Made by a program: the position numbers and the translations under genes. Positions 29,484 through 38,865 of a stretch of 64,000 nt of DNA are shown here, one piece after another. The notes below the pieces were generated by a model. It made no database searches, was not told the origin of the DNA, and saw only the letters and a program-made list of their open reading frames with translations. Numbering within the stretch: position 1 is the stretch's first letter; each line of letters begins with the position of its first letter. The DNA is from Bacteroidales bacterium (lineage in GTDB: Bacteria > Bacteroidota > Bacteroidia > Bacteroidales > VadinHA17): positions 70,220 through 134,219 of the forward strand of contig JAIPBU010000001.1 in NCBI GenBank assembly GCA_021738535.1. Direction: 5' to 3'.

Positions 29484-31432
29484 CCCTCATCCAGCCATTC
29501 TATATATTCCTGTATATCCAGATTATGACCCATTGGCTCAACGAGTGGATTACCTTCATGATCAGCAATAACATATAAAGGTTGTGTATTTGTGCCGAAC
29601 ATTTCAATCTCATGTGTTGTATTAATCTGGCCGATAGTAGTTTTAACCTTGCCATCGAACTCTGACACTATCCACTCTTTTTCGGGCAACTTAGTTCTGT
29701 CATCACAATAAAGTGCTATGATGACAAAATTTTCATTCAATCTCTTTAAAACACCCGGATCTGACCATACTTTTGCTTCCATCTCCTTGCAATTACTGCA
29801 GGCATGTCCCTTAAAGTCTATAAAGACAGGCATATTCCTTTCCCTGGCACATGCAAGTCCCTGCTCCAGGTCATAATAACCTGTGAGCCCATAGGGAAGA
29901 TCAAACTTATCATTATATTCAGGTTCTTCACAAAGCTCTGAACCAGCTATATCAAGGGCAGCAGGCTGTTGTACCATAACTTGTGATTTATTCTCCAGCA
30001 GGTCAAATTTCAATGATGATTTTGGTGGCAGTAATCCGGAAACACCATTAAGCGGAGCACCGAAAAGTCCGGGAACGAGATAAAGTGCAAAAGAAAAGGA
30101 TGCTATAATAAGAACGAAGCGGAATATTCCTATATGCGGAAGGTCACTGTCGTGTGCAAATTTTATCCTTCCCATAAGATATAATCCCAACAGTACAAAA
30201 AGCACTATCCATACAGCAAGGTAAATGTCGCGGCTAAGAATACCCAGCCCGTATACAGAGTCAATTGTGGAAAGGAACTTCATACTGAAAGCAAGCATAA
30301 TAAAACCAAGAACCACCTTTACCGAGTTAAGCCAGCCTCCAGATTTTGGTAGTTTACTCATTACAGCAGGGAAGAGTGCAAACAGGAAAAACGGCAGGGC
30401 AAAACCCAGTCCAAACCCAAACATTCCTACTGTTGGTCTGAGAACGTCTCCACTGGCTGCTTCCACAAGCAGGGCACCCACTATCGGGCCCGTGCATGCA
30501 AATGATACAAGCACTGTTGTAAGTCCCAGGAAGAAGGCAGCTACCAGGCCTCCCCTGTCAACTTTTGAATCAGCACTACTAACCCATTTATTAGGCAGTA
30601 TGATTTCATATGCTCCAAAGAAAGAAGCAGCAAATACCACGAATAACAGGAAGAAAAGAATATTGGGTATCCAGTGTGTACTAAGTGTATTTGCAAACCC
30701 CGCACCTGCACTTGTCAGAGACACAATAATACCAAGCAATGAGTAGATAAGAACTATTGACAGTGCAAAGATCAGTGCCTTAACAAATGACATGCTCTTT
30801 TTTCCTGTATCCTGTGAAAAAAAAGCTACTGTCATAGGTATCATTGGGAAAACACAGGGGGTGAGTATAGCTGCGATTCCAAGCAGGAAAGAGACGAGCA
30901 TAAGCCCTGCTAATCCTTTCTTTTCAGTTTCAGCCGCCTTGCCGGTTTCTGCCACCCCGGCCTCCGCAACCTGCGAACTGCCTGAAATGGAAATACTGAA
31001 TTCCTCATCCTGGGGAGGCGAACATCTTTCATCATCACAGGCCATATATGTAACATATCCTTCTACAACAAAATTATCCCTGTCGGAACTTATAGTCCTC
31101 CTGAATTCAACTATGTCACTGTAATATTTCACTTCCATCCCGAAGGCAGTGTCAAAAACAACCTCGCCCTCACTGATGGCCCTTACCTCACCATCAAAAG
31201 TAAAATCATCTGATTCAGTGAATGTAAAGCTTGTTGGAATCGGACCTCCTTCAGGAATATCCATTCCATAGAGATGTGAATTATTTTCCACTTCAGCCGT
31301 GAATAACAGTTCATATTTATCATCCTCCGTCTTTTCATAGCTGAATGACCATGATACCGGATCATAGATCTGGGTGAATGAAACAAGCGAAACAAGTAAA
31401 AAAGTAAACAGTAATGTAGTTTTTTTAAGCAT
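29468..31432 (-). CDS. dsbD: Thiol:disulfide interchange protein DsbD family (cytochrome c biogenesis-type TM core plus C-terminal thioredoxin fold)
   Basis: 654 aa. The TM core carries CVFPMIP and ACTGP, and the C-terminal thioredoxin-like domain carries CSNC. Its 3' end overlaps the lnt 3' end by 16 nt in convergent orientation. Confidence 0.88.
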   Translation of the reverse strand: MLKKTTLLFTFLLVSLVSFTQIYDPVSWSFSYEKTEDDKYELLFTAEVENNSHLYGMDIPEGGPIPTSFTFTESDDFTFDGEVRAISEGEVVFDTAFGMEVKYYSDIVEFRRTISSDRDNFVVEGYVTYMACDDERCSPPQDEEFSISISGSSQVAEAGVAETGKAAETEKKGLAGLMLVSFLLGIAAILTPCVFPMIPMTVAFFSQDTGKKSMSFVKALIFALSIVLIYSLLGIIVSLTSAGAGFANTLSTHWIPNILFFLLFVVFAASFFGAYEIILPNKWVSSADSKVDRGGLVAAFFLGLTTVLVSFACTGPIVGALLVEAASGDVLRPTVGMFGFGLGFALPFFLFALFPAVMSKLPKSGGWLNSVKVVLGFIMLAFSMKFLSTIDSVYGLGILSRDIYLAVWIVLFVLLGLYLMGRIKFAHDSDLPHIGIFRFVLIIASFSFALYLVPGLFGAPLNGVSGLLPPKSSLKFDLLENKSQVMVQQPAALDIAGSELCEEPEYNDKFDLPYGLTGYYDLEQGLACARERNMPVFIDFKGHACSNCKEMEAKVWSDPGVLKRLNENFVIIALYCDDRTKLPEKEWIVSEFDGKVKTTIGQINTTHEIEMFGTNTQPLYVIADHEGNPLVEPMGHNLDIQEYIEWLDEGYSKF

Positions 31433-31543
31433 CTCTTTCTGTGTTTAAATTAAACCGCCGACAAAGATATAACAAAACATATGTATATATGTTAGACAAA
31501 ATAAGATATTTTTCGGGTGAAAGCCGTTTGGAATACAGGCTTA

Positions 31544-33103
31544 CTAACCAAGGTCTATTTCATCCCCGAACTTATCGGTGAACCTGTACTCAAGAAAGGG
31601 GAAGGAGTTAATTGGCTGAACCTTCAGTTTGCAGCTGTTTCTTTTTGCCATCTTACGTGCAGGAGAGAGTGTCCCTTTTGTTAGATAAGCTGCAATAAAG
31701 GGATGGGCCTGAATGATAAACTTACGCGTTTTGACCTTTTTAAGAATTTCTTTGAGATCATTTTCCATTTTCTCAATATAGAGGTATGACGGACCAATTT
31801 TCCCTGTTCCGTTACAGGTAGGGCATTTTTCATCAACACTTATGTCCATTTCAGGCCTTACCCGTTGCCGGGTTATCTGCATCAGGCCATACTTGCTCAA
31901 AGGAAGGATATTGTGTTTTGTCCTGTCTTCAGACATTATCTCTTTCATTGTATCAAAAAGCTTCTGGCGATGCTCATTGCTAAGCATGTCAATAAAATCG
32001 ATAACAATTATTCCACCCATATCCCTCAGGCGCAACTGGCGTGCAATCTCTTTTGCTGCAGCAAGGTTTACCTCGAGTGCATTTGTTTCCTGGTCATTTC
32101 CTGCTTTAGACCTGTTACCACTGTTTACATCAATGACATGCAGTGCCTCGGTATGCTCTATGATAAGGTATGACCCATGCTTGAAAGATACCGTTTTACC
32201 AAAAAGAGTTTTTATTTGTTTTGTAACTCCAAAGTGATCGAAGATGGGGTTCCTTCCCTTGTAAAGTTTTACAATCTTCTCTTTCCCCGGTGCTATTTCC
32301 TTAACATACTGCTTAATATCGGTTGCAAGCTGTTGGTCATCAACAGTAATATTGGTAAAACTGACATTCAGAATATCCCTGAGTATGGCATTTGTCAGAT
32401 TTAATTCCCTGATGAACAGTTTCGGAGCAGATACATCTTTCCTGAGACCTTTAAAGGCCTTTTCAAATCTCTCTACAAGGTCACGCAGCTCTGAGTCGAG
32501 TGTTGCCACTTTCTTTCCTTCTGCAACAGTACGTATAATAACACCAAAATTCTTGGGCTTAATGCTTTGTATCAATGCCTTAAGCCTGCTTTTTTCTTCC
32601 GCGCTCTCTATCTTGGAAGATACAGATACTTTATCTGAAAAAGGTAGCAAGACCAGGTTTCTGCCTGCCAGTGATATCTCTGATCCAAGACGGGGGCCCT
32701 TTGTAGAAATCGGTTCTTTTGTAACCTGTACAATTACCGTCTGACCGGTTTTCAGAACTTCTGCAATCTTACCGTCCTTGTTTATATCAGGTTCATTCTT
32801 GAATTTATGGACAGGCACAATCTTACCTTTTCGCTTTATCGATAACTGGTAATATTTATGCAGTGACCTGAACTGGGCTCCAAGATCAAGGTAATGAAGA
32901 AAAGCATCCCTCTCGTATCCTACATTAATAAACGCAGCATTCAGTCCCGGCATGATCTTCTTCACTTTGCCAAGATAAATATCGCCTACAGCAAACTTAA
33001 TATCCTTTTTTTCCTTATTAAGCTCAACAAGTTGTTTCTGCTCAAGTAAAGCTATGGATATTTCTTTGGGGTCGGAATTTATTATTAAATCCTTACTAAT
33101 CAC
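31544..33103 (-). CDS. rng: Ribonuclease E/G family protein
   Basis: 519 aa with an N-terminal S1 domain (VGDIYLGKVKKIMPGLNAAFINVG) and an RNase E/G catalytic core (IDVNSG). Confidence 0.9.
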   Translation of the reverse strand: MISKDLIINSDPKEISIALLEQKQLVELNKEKKDIKFAVGDIYLGKVKKIMPGLNAAFINVGYERDAFLHYLDLGAQFRSLHKYYQLSIKRKGKIVPVHKFKNEPDINKDGKIAEVLKTGQTVIVQVTKEPISTKGPRLGSEISLAGRNLVLLPFSDKVSVSSKIESAEEKSRLKALIQSIKPKNFGVIIRTVAEGKKVATLDSELRDLVERFEKAFKGLRKDVSAPKLFIRELNLTNAILRDILNVSFTNITVDDQQLATDIKQYVKEIAPGKEKIVKLYKGRNPIFDHFGVTKQIKTLFGKTVSFKHGSYLIIEHTEALHVIDVNSGNRSKAGNDQETNALEVNLAAAKEIARQLRLRDMGGIIVIDFIDMLSNEHRQKLFDTMKEIMSEDRTKHNILPLSKYGLMQITRQRVRPEMDISVDEKCPTCNGTGKIGPSYLYIEKMENDLKEILKKVKTRKFIIQAHPFIAAYLTKGTLSPARKMAKRNSCKLKVQPINSFPFLEYRFTDKFGDEIDLG

Positions 33104-33145
33104 ATTAAATGATCTTGAAATAATACCTGTGATTTAAAATATACT

Positions 33146-33174
33146 AAACCTAAAGACGGGGAATCTTTAGGTTT
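33146..33174 (-). terminator. Hairpin terminator candidate after the hup / bS22-like pair
   Basis: A perfect 11-bp stem, aaacctaaaga with tctttaggttt, encloses a 7-nt loop. A moderately U-rich tract follows on the minus strand. Confidence 0.5.
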
Positions 33175-33208
33175 AGAAATATTTTGAAAAGGCTACCTAA
33201 ACAGAAGC

Positions 33209-33301
33209 CTATTTCCTTTTCTTATGCCTGTTCTTTTTCAAACGCTTTTTACGTTTGTGAGTAGACATCTTATGTCTTTTTTTCTTTTTTCCGCTTGACA
33301 T
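33209..33301 (-). CDS. 30-aa highly basic peptide, bS22-like (AURKAIP1/COX24-type small ribosomal protein)
   Basis: I read this by hand, and it is too short for the ORF track. The sequence runs from ATG at 33301 to TAG at 33209 and encodes MSSGKKKKRHKMSTHKRKKRLKKNRHKKRK. It lies 7 nt downstream of the hup stop on the same strand. Confidence 0.7.
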   Translation of the reverse strand: MSSGKKKKRHKMSTHKRKKRLKKNRHKKRK

Positions 33302-33308
33302 ACTTTTC

Positions 33309-33593
33309 TTACTTAATATTGTTTTTAACCTTATTGATAAATGACTTTGAAGGTTTGAAAGCCGGTATAAAGTGTTCAGGAATAATTATAGTTGTGTTCT
33401 TTGAAATATTCCTTGCAGTTTTTTTAGCTCTTTTCTTAACTATGAAACTACCAAACCCCCTGAGGTACACATTATTACCATCTACCATGGAGTCCTTAAC
33501 TGAATCCATAAACTCTTCAACAGTTCTCTGTACAGTTACTTTTTCAATTCCTGTTTTCTTGGCAATTTCGTTAACGATGTCTGCTTTAGTCAT
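33309..33593 (-). CDS. hup: HU-family DNA-binding protein
   Basis: 94 aa with MTKADIVNEIAKKTG...GFGSFIVKKRAKKTARNI...IPAFKPSK. Confidence 0.93.
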   Translation of the reverse strand: MTKADIVNEIAKKTGIEKVTVQRTVEEFMDSVKDSMVDGNNVYLRGFGSFIVKKRAKKTARNISKNTTIIIPEHFIPAFKPSKSFINKVKNNIK

Positions 33594-33910
33594 TTTAATG
33601 AGTTTTAATTCAACAATTTATATGTTTTCTATATTTTCAAAATAACTTTGCAAATGTAAAATATTATTTCGTATAAATGAAACACTTACGATGATTTTTT
33701 CAAATTTTAAGTTCATAACTCATTGAAATAGTGTTATTATATCTGCTCTTAGTGCTGGGCTATCAGGGCAAAGCATTTGGTTAATGTTAAAATTGCCGGA
33801 CTGTGATTGCATCCTGCATTTTTTCTTATCAATTTAACAAAGCGGATTGTCAGCCACCTATTTTTTACTACCTTTACCTTTTGAATCAAGGTTTTAATAA
33901 ACAATAAATA

Positions 33911-34405
33911 ATGTCAGTTAACAAGGTTATTTTAGTAGGAAATGTTGGCAAGGATCCTGAAGTGCGTTACATTGATACAAATGTACCAGTGGCAAGGTTC
34001 CCTTTTGCTACCAGTGAGACTTACAGGAGCAGGGACGGGGAACGGATAACCACAACTGAGTGGCACAATGTTGTTTTATGGAGAGGCCTTGCTGAAGTAG
34101 CAGAAAAATTTGTCAGGAAGGGATCACAGTTGTTTATTGAGGGTAAAATCCGTACCCGCTCTTATGACGACAGGGATGGTAATAAAAGGTATATTACTGA
34201 GATTATCACTGATAACATGCAGATGCTGGGCAAGCGCTCCGACAATAAGTCTGATAATGAGCAGAATGACAACAATGAGCCGGGTAGCAGCAATACAGAT
34301 AACAGCTCAGGCAATGACCAGGGGCAGGCATCCAGAAACCCTTTTGGCAAGGGAGAGGAGCCTGCAGATAACAACACTGATGAAACTGACGATCTGCCAT
34401 TCTAG
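33911..34405 (+). CDS. ssb: Single-stranded DNA-binding protein
   Basis: 164 aa with an OB fold (MSVNKVILVGNVGKDPEVRY), a disordered N/D/G-rich linker and the acidic tip DDLPF. Confidence 0.95.
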   Translation: MSVNKVILVGNVGKDPEVRYIDTNVPVARFPFATSETYRSRDGERITTTEWHNVVLWRGLAEVAEKFVRKGSQLFIEGKIRTRSYDDRDGNKRYITEIITDNMQMLGKRSDNKSDNEQNDNNEPGSSNTDNSSGNDQGQASRNPFGKGEEPADNNTDETDDLPF

Positions 34406-34426
34406 TTTTAATCAAATCTATGTCAA

Positions 34427-35752
34427 TTGGAAACTCTTGACCCTTTTCAATACCATTTTGCATTATTCTGTATTTCAATCACCACACCGGTGATCATTGA
34501 GCTCGCAGTTCTTATAGTTTTGCTGGCATGTTCAGCTTTTGTGTCAGGCTCCGAAGTAGCATTTTTTTCACTTGGGCCGGCAGAAATAGATAAACTCGCT
34601 GTTAAAGACTCGCGAAATGCCACAACAGCACTTAAACTACTGTCAAGCCCTGAAGAGTTACTCAGTACAATCCTTGTTGCCAACAACTTTATCAACGTTG
34701 GTATAGTATTACTCTCAGCTTACATAAGTGACCAGCTATTTGATTTCTCATTAAACCCCGTACTGGGATTTTTACTTGAAGTAATATCCATAACCTTCAT
34801 ACTGCTACTTTTCGGAGAAATTCTGCCCAAGGTATATGCTACAAAAGCAAATCTCAGCTTTGCACTACTGATGTCTATGCCCCTGAATTTTTTTGAGAAG
34901 GTTTTCAGGCCTCTAAGCCGCTTTTTGATTAAATCAACCTCGATAGTTAAACGCAGAAGCAGCCAGAAGGAGCATAGCATAAGCAAGGGTGAACTATCCG
35001 AAGCTATCAGCCTTGCCTCGGGAGAGAATAAGGAAGATGAAAAGATACTTAAAGGAATAGTCAAGTTTGGTAATATCGAGGCCAAGGAGATAATGAGACC
35101 CAGGATTGACATTATGGCCATTGATATTAAGACCCCTTTCAGTGATGTAATACCCCAGATAATCGACTCCGGTTACTCAAGGATACCGGTTTATTCAGGT
35201 ACTTTTGATAAAGTGCAGGGAATCTTGTATGTAAAAGATATCCTGCCCCATTATCACAAACCCAACAGCTTTAACTGGCAATCTCTTCTGCGGCCGCCTT
35301 ATTTCGTGCCTGAATCCAAAAGGATAAACGATCTGCTGGAAGAGTTTCAAACTAAGAAGATACACCTGGCTATTGTGATAGACGAATATGGAGGCACAAG
35401 CGGCATTATTACCCTTGAAGATATTCTTGAAGAGATAGTGGGTGAAATCCCCGATGAACATGATACGGAAGAAGTATCCTACGAGAAGCTTGATGAAAAC
35501 ACTTATGTCTTTGAAGGTAAAACACAGCTGCATGATTTTTTCAAACTCATTAACCTTGATACTGACCCGTTTGAGGATGTGCGTGGCGATTCCGACACCC
35601 TGGCAGGTCTGATACTTGAACTCACCGGCGAAATTCCTGAACAGGGATTCGGTATTGATTACAGGAATTTCCGCTTTAAAATTATTTCAGCTGACAGGAG
35701 AAGAATAAAAAAAATAAAGGTAGAAATCAGTCCTGATGAAGATGAAGAATAA
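34427..35752 (+). CDS. gldE: Gliding-motility-associated CNNM/CorC-HlyC family protein GldE
   Basis: 441 aa with a TTG start. It has a CNNM TM domain, a CBS pair and a CorC_HlyC C-terminus. The conserved ssb-gldE-gldD order supports the call. Confidence 0.8.
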   Translation: METLDPFQYHFALFCISITTPVIIELAVLIVLLACSAFVSGSEVAFFSLGPAEIDKLAVKDSRNATTALKLLSSPEELLSTILVANNFINVGIVLLSAYISDQLFDFSLNPVLGFLLEVISITFILLLFGEILPKVYATKANLSFALLMSMPLNFFEKVFRPLSRFLIKSTSIVKRRSSQKEHSISKGELSEAISLASGENKEDEKILKGIVKFGNIEAKEIMRPRIDIMAIDIKTPFSDVIPQIIDSGYSRIPVYSGTFDKVQGILYVKDILPHYHKPNSFNWQSLLRPPYFVPESKRINDLLEEFQTKKIHLAIVIDEYGGTSGIITLEDILEEIVGEIPDEHDTEEVSYEKLDENTYVFEGKTQLHDFFKLINLDTDPFEDVRGDSDTLAGLILELTGEIPEQGFGIDYRNFRFKIISADRRRIKKIKVEISPDEDEE

Positions 35753-36323
35753 AACAATGATAACAAGACTGTTAAGGCTTATATTTATCAGCCTGGCCTT
35801 CTATGGCTGTAATAATAATGATGTTCCAAAGCCGCGTGGCCATTTCAGGATTGACCTGCCCGAGAAGGAATATACAAGCTTTGATTCCATATGCCCTTTT
35901 ACTTTTGAATACCCGGTTTACAGTGTTATCAGGAAAGAACCCGGGATAGATAATTTATGCTGGTTTAATATTGAGTTCCCTGCTTACAGTGGCAAACTGC
36001 ACCTCAGTTACATGGATATCAGCAATAACTTAAAATCTCTTACTGATGATGCACACAAACTTGCCTACAAACACTCTGTTAAAGCTGATGCAATTGAAGA
36101 AAAGTTATGGATTAATGACGAAAGCGATGTATATGGTATTGTATATCTTATAAGCGGTAATGCTGCATCATCGGTTCAGTTCTTTGTGACTGACAGCATA
36201 AGTCATTATCTTAGGGGCTCACTATATTTTGACACTCAGCCTGACAAAGATTCACTGGCCCCGGTTATTGATTTTTTCAGGGAAGATGTTGTACATCTTA
36301 TAGAAACACTTAAATGGCAATAA
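35736..36323 (+). CDS. gldD: Gliding motility lipoprotein GldD
   Basis: 195 aa with a lipobox (LAFYGC). It lies immediately after gldE with a 17-nt overlap. An alternative ATG lies slightly downstream. Confidence 0.7.
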   Translation: MKMKNKTMITRLLRLIFISLAFYGCNNNDVPKPRGHFRIDLPEKEYTSFDSICPFTFEYPVYSVIRKEPGIDNLCWFNIEFPAYSGKLHLSYMDISNNLKSLTDDAHKLAYKHSVKADAIEEKLWINDESDVYGIVYLISGNAASSVQFFVTDSISHYLRGSLYFDTQPDKDSLAPVIDFFREDVVHLIETLKWQ

Positions 36324-36335
36324 TAATTTGTAGTA

Positions 36336-37019
36336 ATGGCCTGTATATCTGAACATCATCTAAATGAGTATACCATGGTAGGGGTCTGGAAGATCGAAGA
36401 AGATCTTGAAACGTTATTGTCGATGGTTGAACTAAGCCCGGAGGAGAAGAAAAAATTCAAAACTTTTAAAAGTAACTCGAGGAGGCTTGAATACGTGAGT
36501 GTTAGGGCCTTACTGGCAGAATTAATGGGCCCTGACGCAAAGATAGTATACAATAAAAACAAAAAACCCTTTATTAAGGACGGTTCACACTTCATAAGTA
36601 TATCTCATTCAAATAAGCTTACAGCTATTATGCTCAGCTCAAGGGAGAGAATAGGCATAGACCTTGAATATATGAGCTCAAATATAACAGGTATAGCAAG
36701 GAGGTTTATTAACAGGAGAGAAAATATTACACGCAAAAAGGACTACAGGAGGTACCATCTGTATATTCACTGGTGTGCCAAGGAAGCTCTTTATAAGATA
36801 TGTGACAAGGAAGGGATAAATATGAAAAAAAATATCACAATATTTCCTTTCCCGGTTGATGTTTCCGGTTATATGAGGGGCAGGGTAAAATCTGATATGA
36901 TTGATGAAGAGTTTGATCTTCAGTATACACGATATGATAATTATGCAATAGTCTGGACAAAAAAATATTATGATGACAGAGAGTCTGAAAAGGCAAAAAT
37001 GCTTGGCCCTTCTTCTTGA
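36336..37019 (+). CDS. 4'-phosphopantetheinyl transferase (Sfp-type) family protein
   Basis: 227 aa with GIDLEYM and WCAKEALYK motifs. Confidence 0.8.
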   Translation: MACISEHHLNEYTMVGVWKIEEDLETLLSMVELSPEEKKKFKTFKSNSRRLEYVSVRALLAELMGPDAKIVYNKNKKPFIKDGSHFISISHSNKLTAIMLSSRERIGIDLEYMSSNITGIARRFINRRENITRKKDYRRYHLYIHWCAKEALYKICDKEGINMKKNITIFPFPVDVSGYMRGRVKSDMIDEEFDLQYTRYDNYAIVWTKKYYDDRESEKAKMLGPSS

Positions 37020-37701
37020 CCCCGACTCTTACAGTGCGGACAAGGTAACAGAACTGACTACCGGTCTCACACCGGATCAGTTACCTGACTTTCTGTTTGT
37101 GGGAGGCAGTATAACAAAGGTCCATCCCGGTGAGCTGATATCTGAGTTAAAGCGCAATACAGATATTCCCGTGGTCCTCTTCCCGGGCAACCTGCTGCAA
37201 CTGAATGATGAAGCAGACAGTATCCTTCTTTTATCTCTTATTTCTGGTCGCAATCCGGAGCTACTTATTGGCACACATGTTACAGCAGCACCTTTTCTTA
37301 AAAAGATGAAAAGTGAAATAATACCTACAGGCTATATCCTCATTAATTGTGGTGTTAAAACGTCTGTTGAATATATCAGCCAGACGGAAGCCATCCCGGC
37401 CATGAAAACTGATATTGCAGTAGCTACGGCTATTGCCGGGGAGATGCTTGGGCTTAAGTTAATATACCTGGAGGGTGGCAGTGGTGCAAGTCATCCCGTA
37501 CCGCCGGGACTTATCAGATTGGTAAGAGAAAATGTGTCAGTTCCCATTATAGTTGGAGGGGGACTGCGCAGTGCGGCACATATAAATGATGCTTATGAAG
37601 CAGGTGCTGACCTGCTTGTTATGGGGAATGGTTATGAAGATAACCCGGGGCTGCTAAAGGAAGCATGCTCTGTAAGAAACAGGTGGAACATGAAGGGATA
37701 A
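36970..37701 (+). CDS. Geranylgeranylglyceryl/heptaprenylglyceryl phosphate synthase (GGGPS/PcrB) family protein
   Basis: 243 aa with a TIM-barrel family pattern: LLLDPD, FVGGS, YLEGGSGAS, IIVGGGLRS and ADLLVMGN. The only ATGs upstream of the conserved LDPD block are at 36970 and 36973. The gene therefore overlaps the PPTase gene by 47-50 nt. Confidence 0.8.
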   Translation: MMTESLKRQKCLALLLDPDSYSADKVTELTTGLTPDQLPDFLFVGGSITKVHPGELISELKRNTDIPVVLFPGNLLQLNDEADSILLLSLISGRNPELLIGTHVTAAPFLKKMKSEIIPTGYILINCGVKTSVEYISQTEAIPAMKTDIAVATAIAGEMLGLKLIYLEGGSGASHPVPPGLIRLVRENVSVPIIVGGGLRSAAHINDAYEAGADLLVMGNGYEDNPGLLKEACSVRNRWNMKG

Positions 37702-37737
37702 AAAAAAAGCGCGGACTGGTAATCCACGCTTCCTTTT
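37701..37737. terminator. Bidirectional intrinsic terminator between convergent genes
   Basis: Stem agcgcgga (37708-37715) pairs with tccacgct (37723-37730), 7 of 8 bp. It is flanked by A8 upstream and TCCTTTT downstream. Confidence 0.65.
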
Positions 37738-37755
37738 CAAAATATCTTTAAAAAT

Positions 37756-38745
37756 CTAACCGTCACATTCCAGAACATTATCTATCTGGTACTGTGCAGC
37801 TTCTTTAAACTCACCATAGAGTGATTTTTTGTAACTCCTGCAGGCATCAGCATCCTGTCCGAGTTTCTGGTAGGCCACGGCAAGGTTGAAATATACCTTT
37901 GCTTTGTCCTCTGCATCTCCTGTTTCCAGTTCAAGGCACTTATTGAAGGACTCTACAGCACCAGCCCATTTTTCCTGTCCATTCATTGCCAGCCCGAGCT
38001 GATAGTGTACTATTGCATTGTTATGTCCGTATTCAATTGCTTTTGAAAGGTTTGATTCTGCTTTGGCAAAGTCCTCGTCAGCCATTGCTTTCTGTGCATT
38101 ATTGAAAAAATAGCCTCTCATAACCTTCTTAATGTTACCTCCTACCTTATGATCACGCTCCTGGTCAGCAACCTTAAGTCCTGCTTCGGCTACTTCCTCC
38201 ATCTTCATGCCATCCTCCATTTTATTATAAACAAGCAGTTTACCAAGATAACCATTGGTATAACCGGGGTCCCTGCCTAGTGCATCGTCAAAATATCCCA
38301 GTGCCTTGTCAAATTCACCAGCCTTCAGTGCTGCACCACCCTGTGCATTACGTATCTTCAGAATAGTACTGAGTGACCTTCTTACTGCCCTCTTATTGCC
38401 TGCTGCCTCGTAACCCTCGATTGAAGATTCCAGCATTTTAACCGATTTGTCATAATCGCCTTGGCCTGCAAGCTTCTTTGCAGCTTCATAATACATCTTG
38501 GGTATTCTTCCTTTAGCCTGTTCCATAATTTTAGTGGCTTCTTCACCACCCACTTCATCGGCCAGTTCTATAACATTTTCATAAGAATTGATGGCTGCTT
38601 CAGGATTAAATTTTTCCATCTGCACAGCCTGGTTAAATGATGATTTAACATCATTAAGTGTTGCCTGACCAAAGACAACCGGTGTAATAAATATAATTGC
38701 CAGTGTCAGTAATGTCCTGGCTTTACTCCTAGATAACACTCCCAT
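37756..38745 (-). CDS. Tetratricopeptide-repeat protein (secreted)
   Basis: 329 aa with a signal peptide and multiple TPR-like A/Y/G-patterned helical repeats. Confidence 0.75.
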   Translation of the reverse strand: MGVLSRSKARTLLTLAIIFITPVVFGQATLNDVKSSFNQAVQMEKFNPEAAINSYENVIELADEVGGEEATKIMEQAKGRIPKMYYEAAKKLAGQGDYDKSVKMLESSIEGYEAAGNKRAVRRSLSTILKIRNAQGGAALKAGEFDKALGYFDDALGRDPGYTNGYLGKLLVYNKMEDGMKMEEVAEAGLKVADQERDHKVGGNIKKVMRGYFFNNAQKAMADEDFAKAESNLSKAIEYGHNNAIVHYQLGLAMNGQEKWAGAVESFNKCLELETGDAEDKAKVYFNLAVAYQKLGQDADACRSYKKSLYGEFKEAAQYQIDNVLECDG

Positions 38746-38865
38746 AGTAATTGATTTTAATTAGGTTACGCTTATAAAATTCATGCAAATATATAAAAAT
38801 GTATATAACTAGAAAATTTTTATCTATTCACCCGTTCTCCGTAGTTACTTTCAAAAAGCATACCA

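Noticed and set aside
30225-31124. Plus-strand ORFs of 173 aa and 110 aa
   Set aside because: They are antisense to dsbD and have no start context or domain features.
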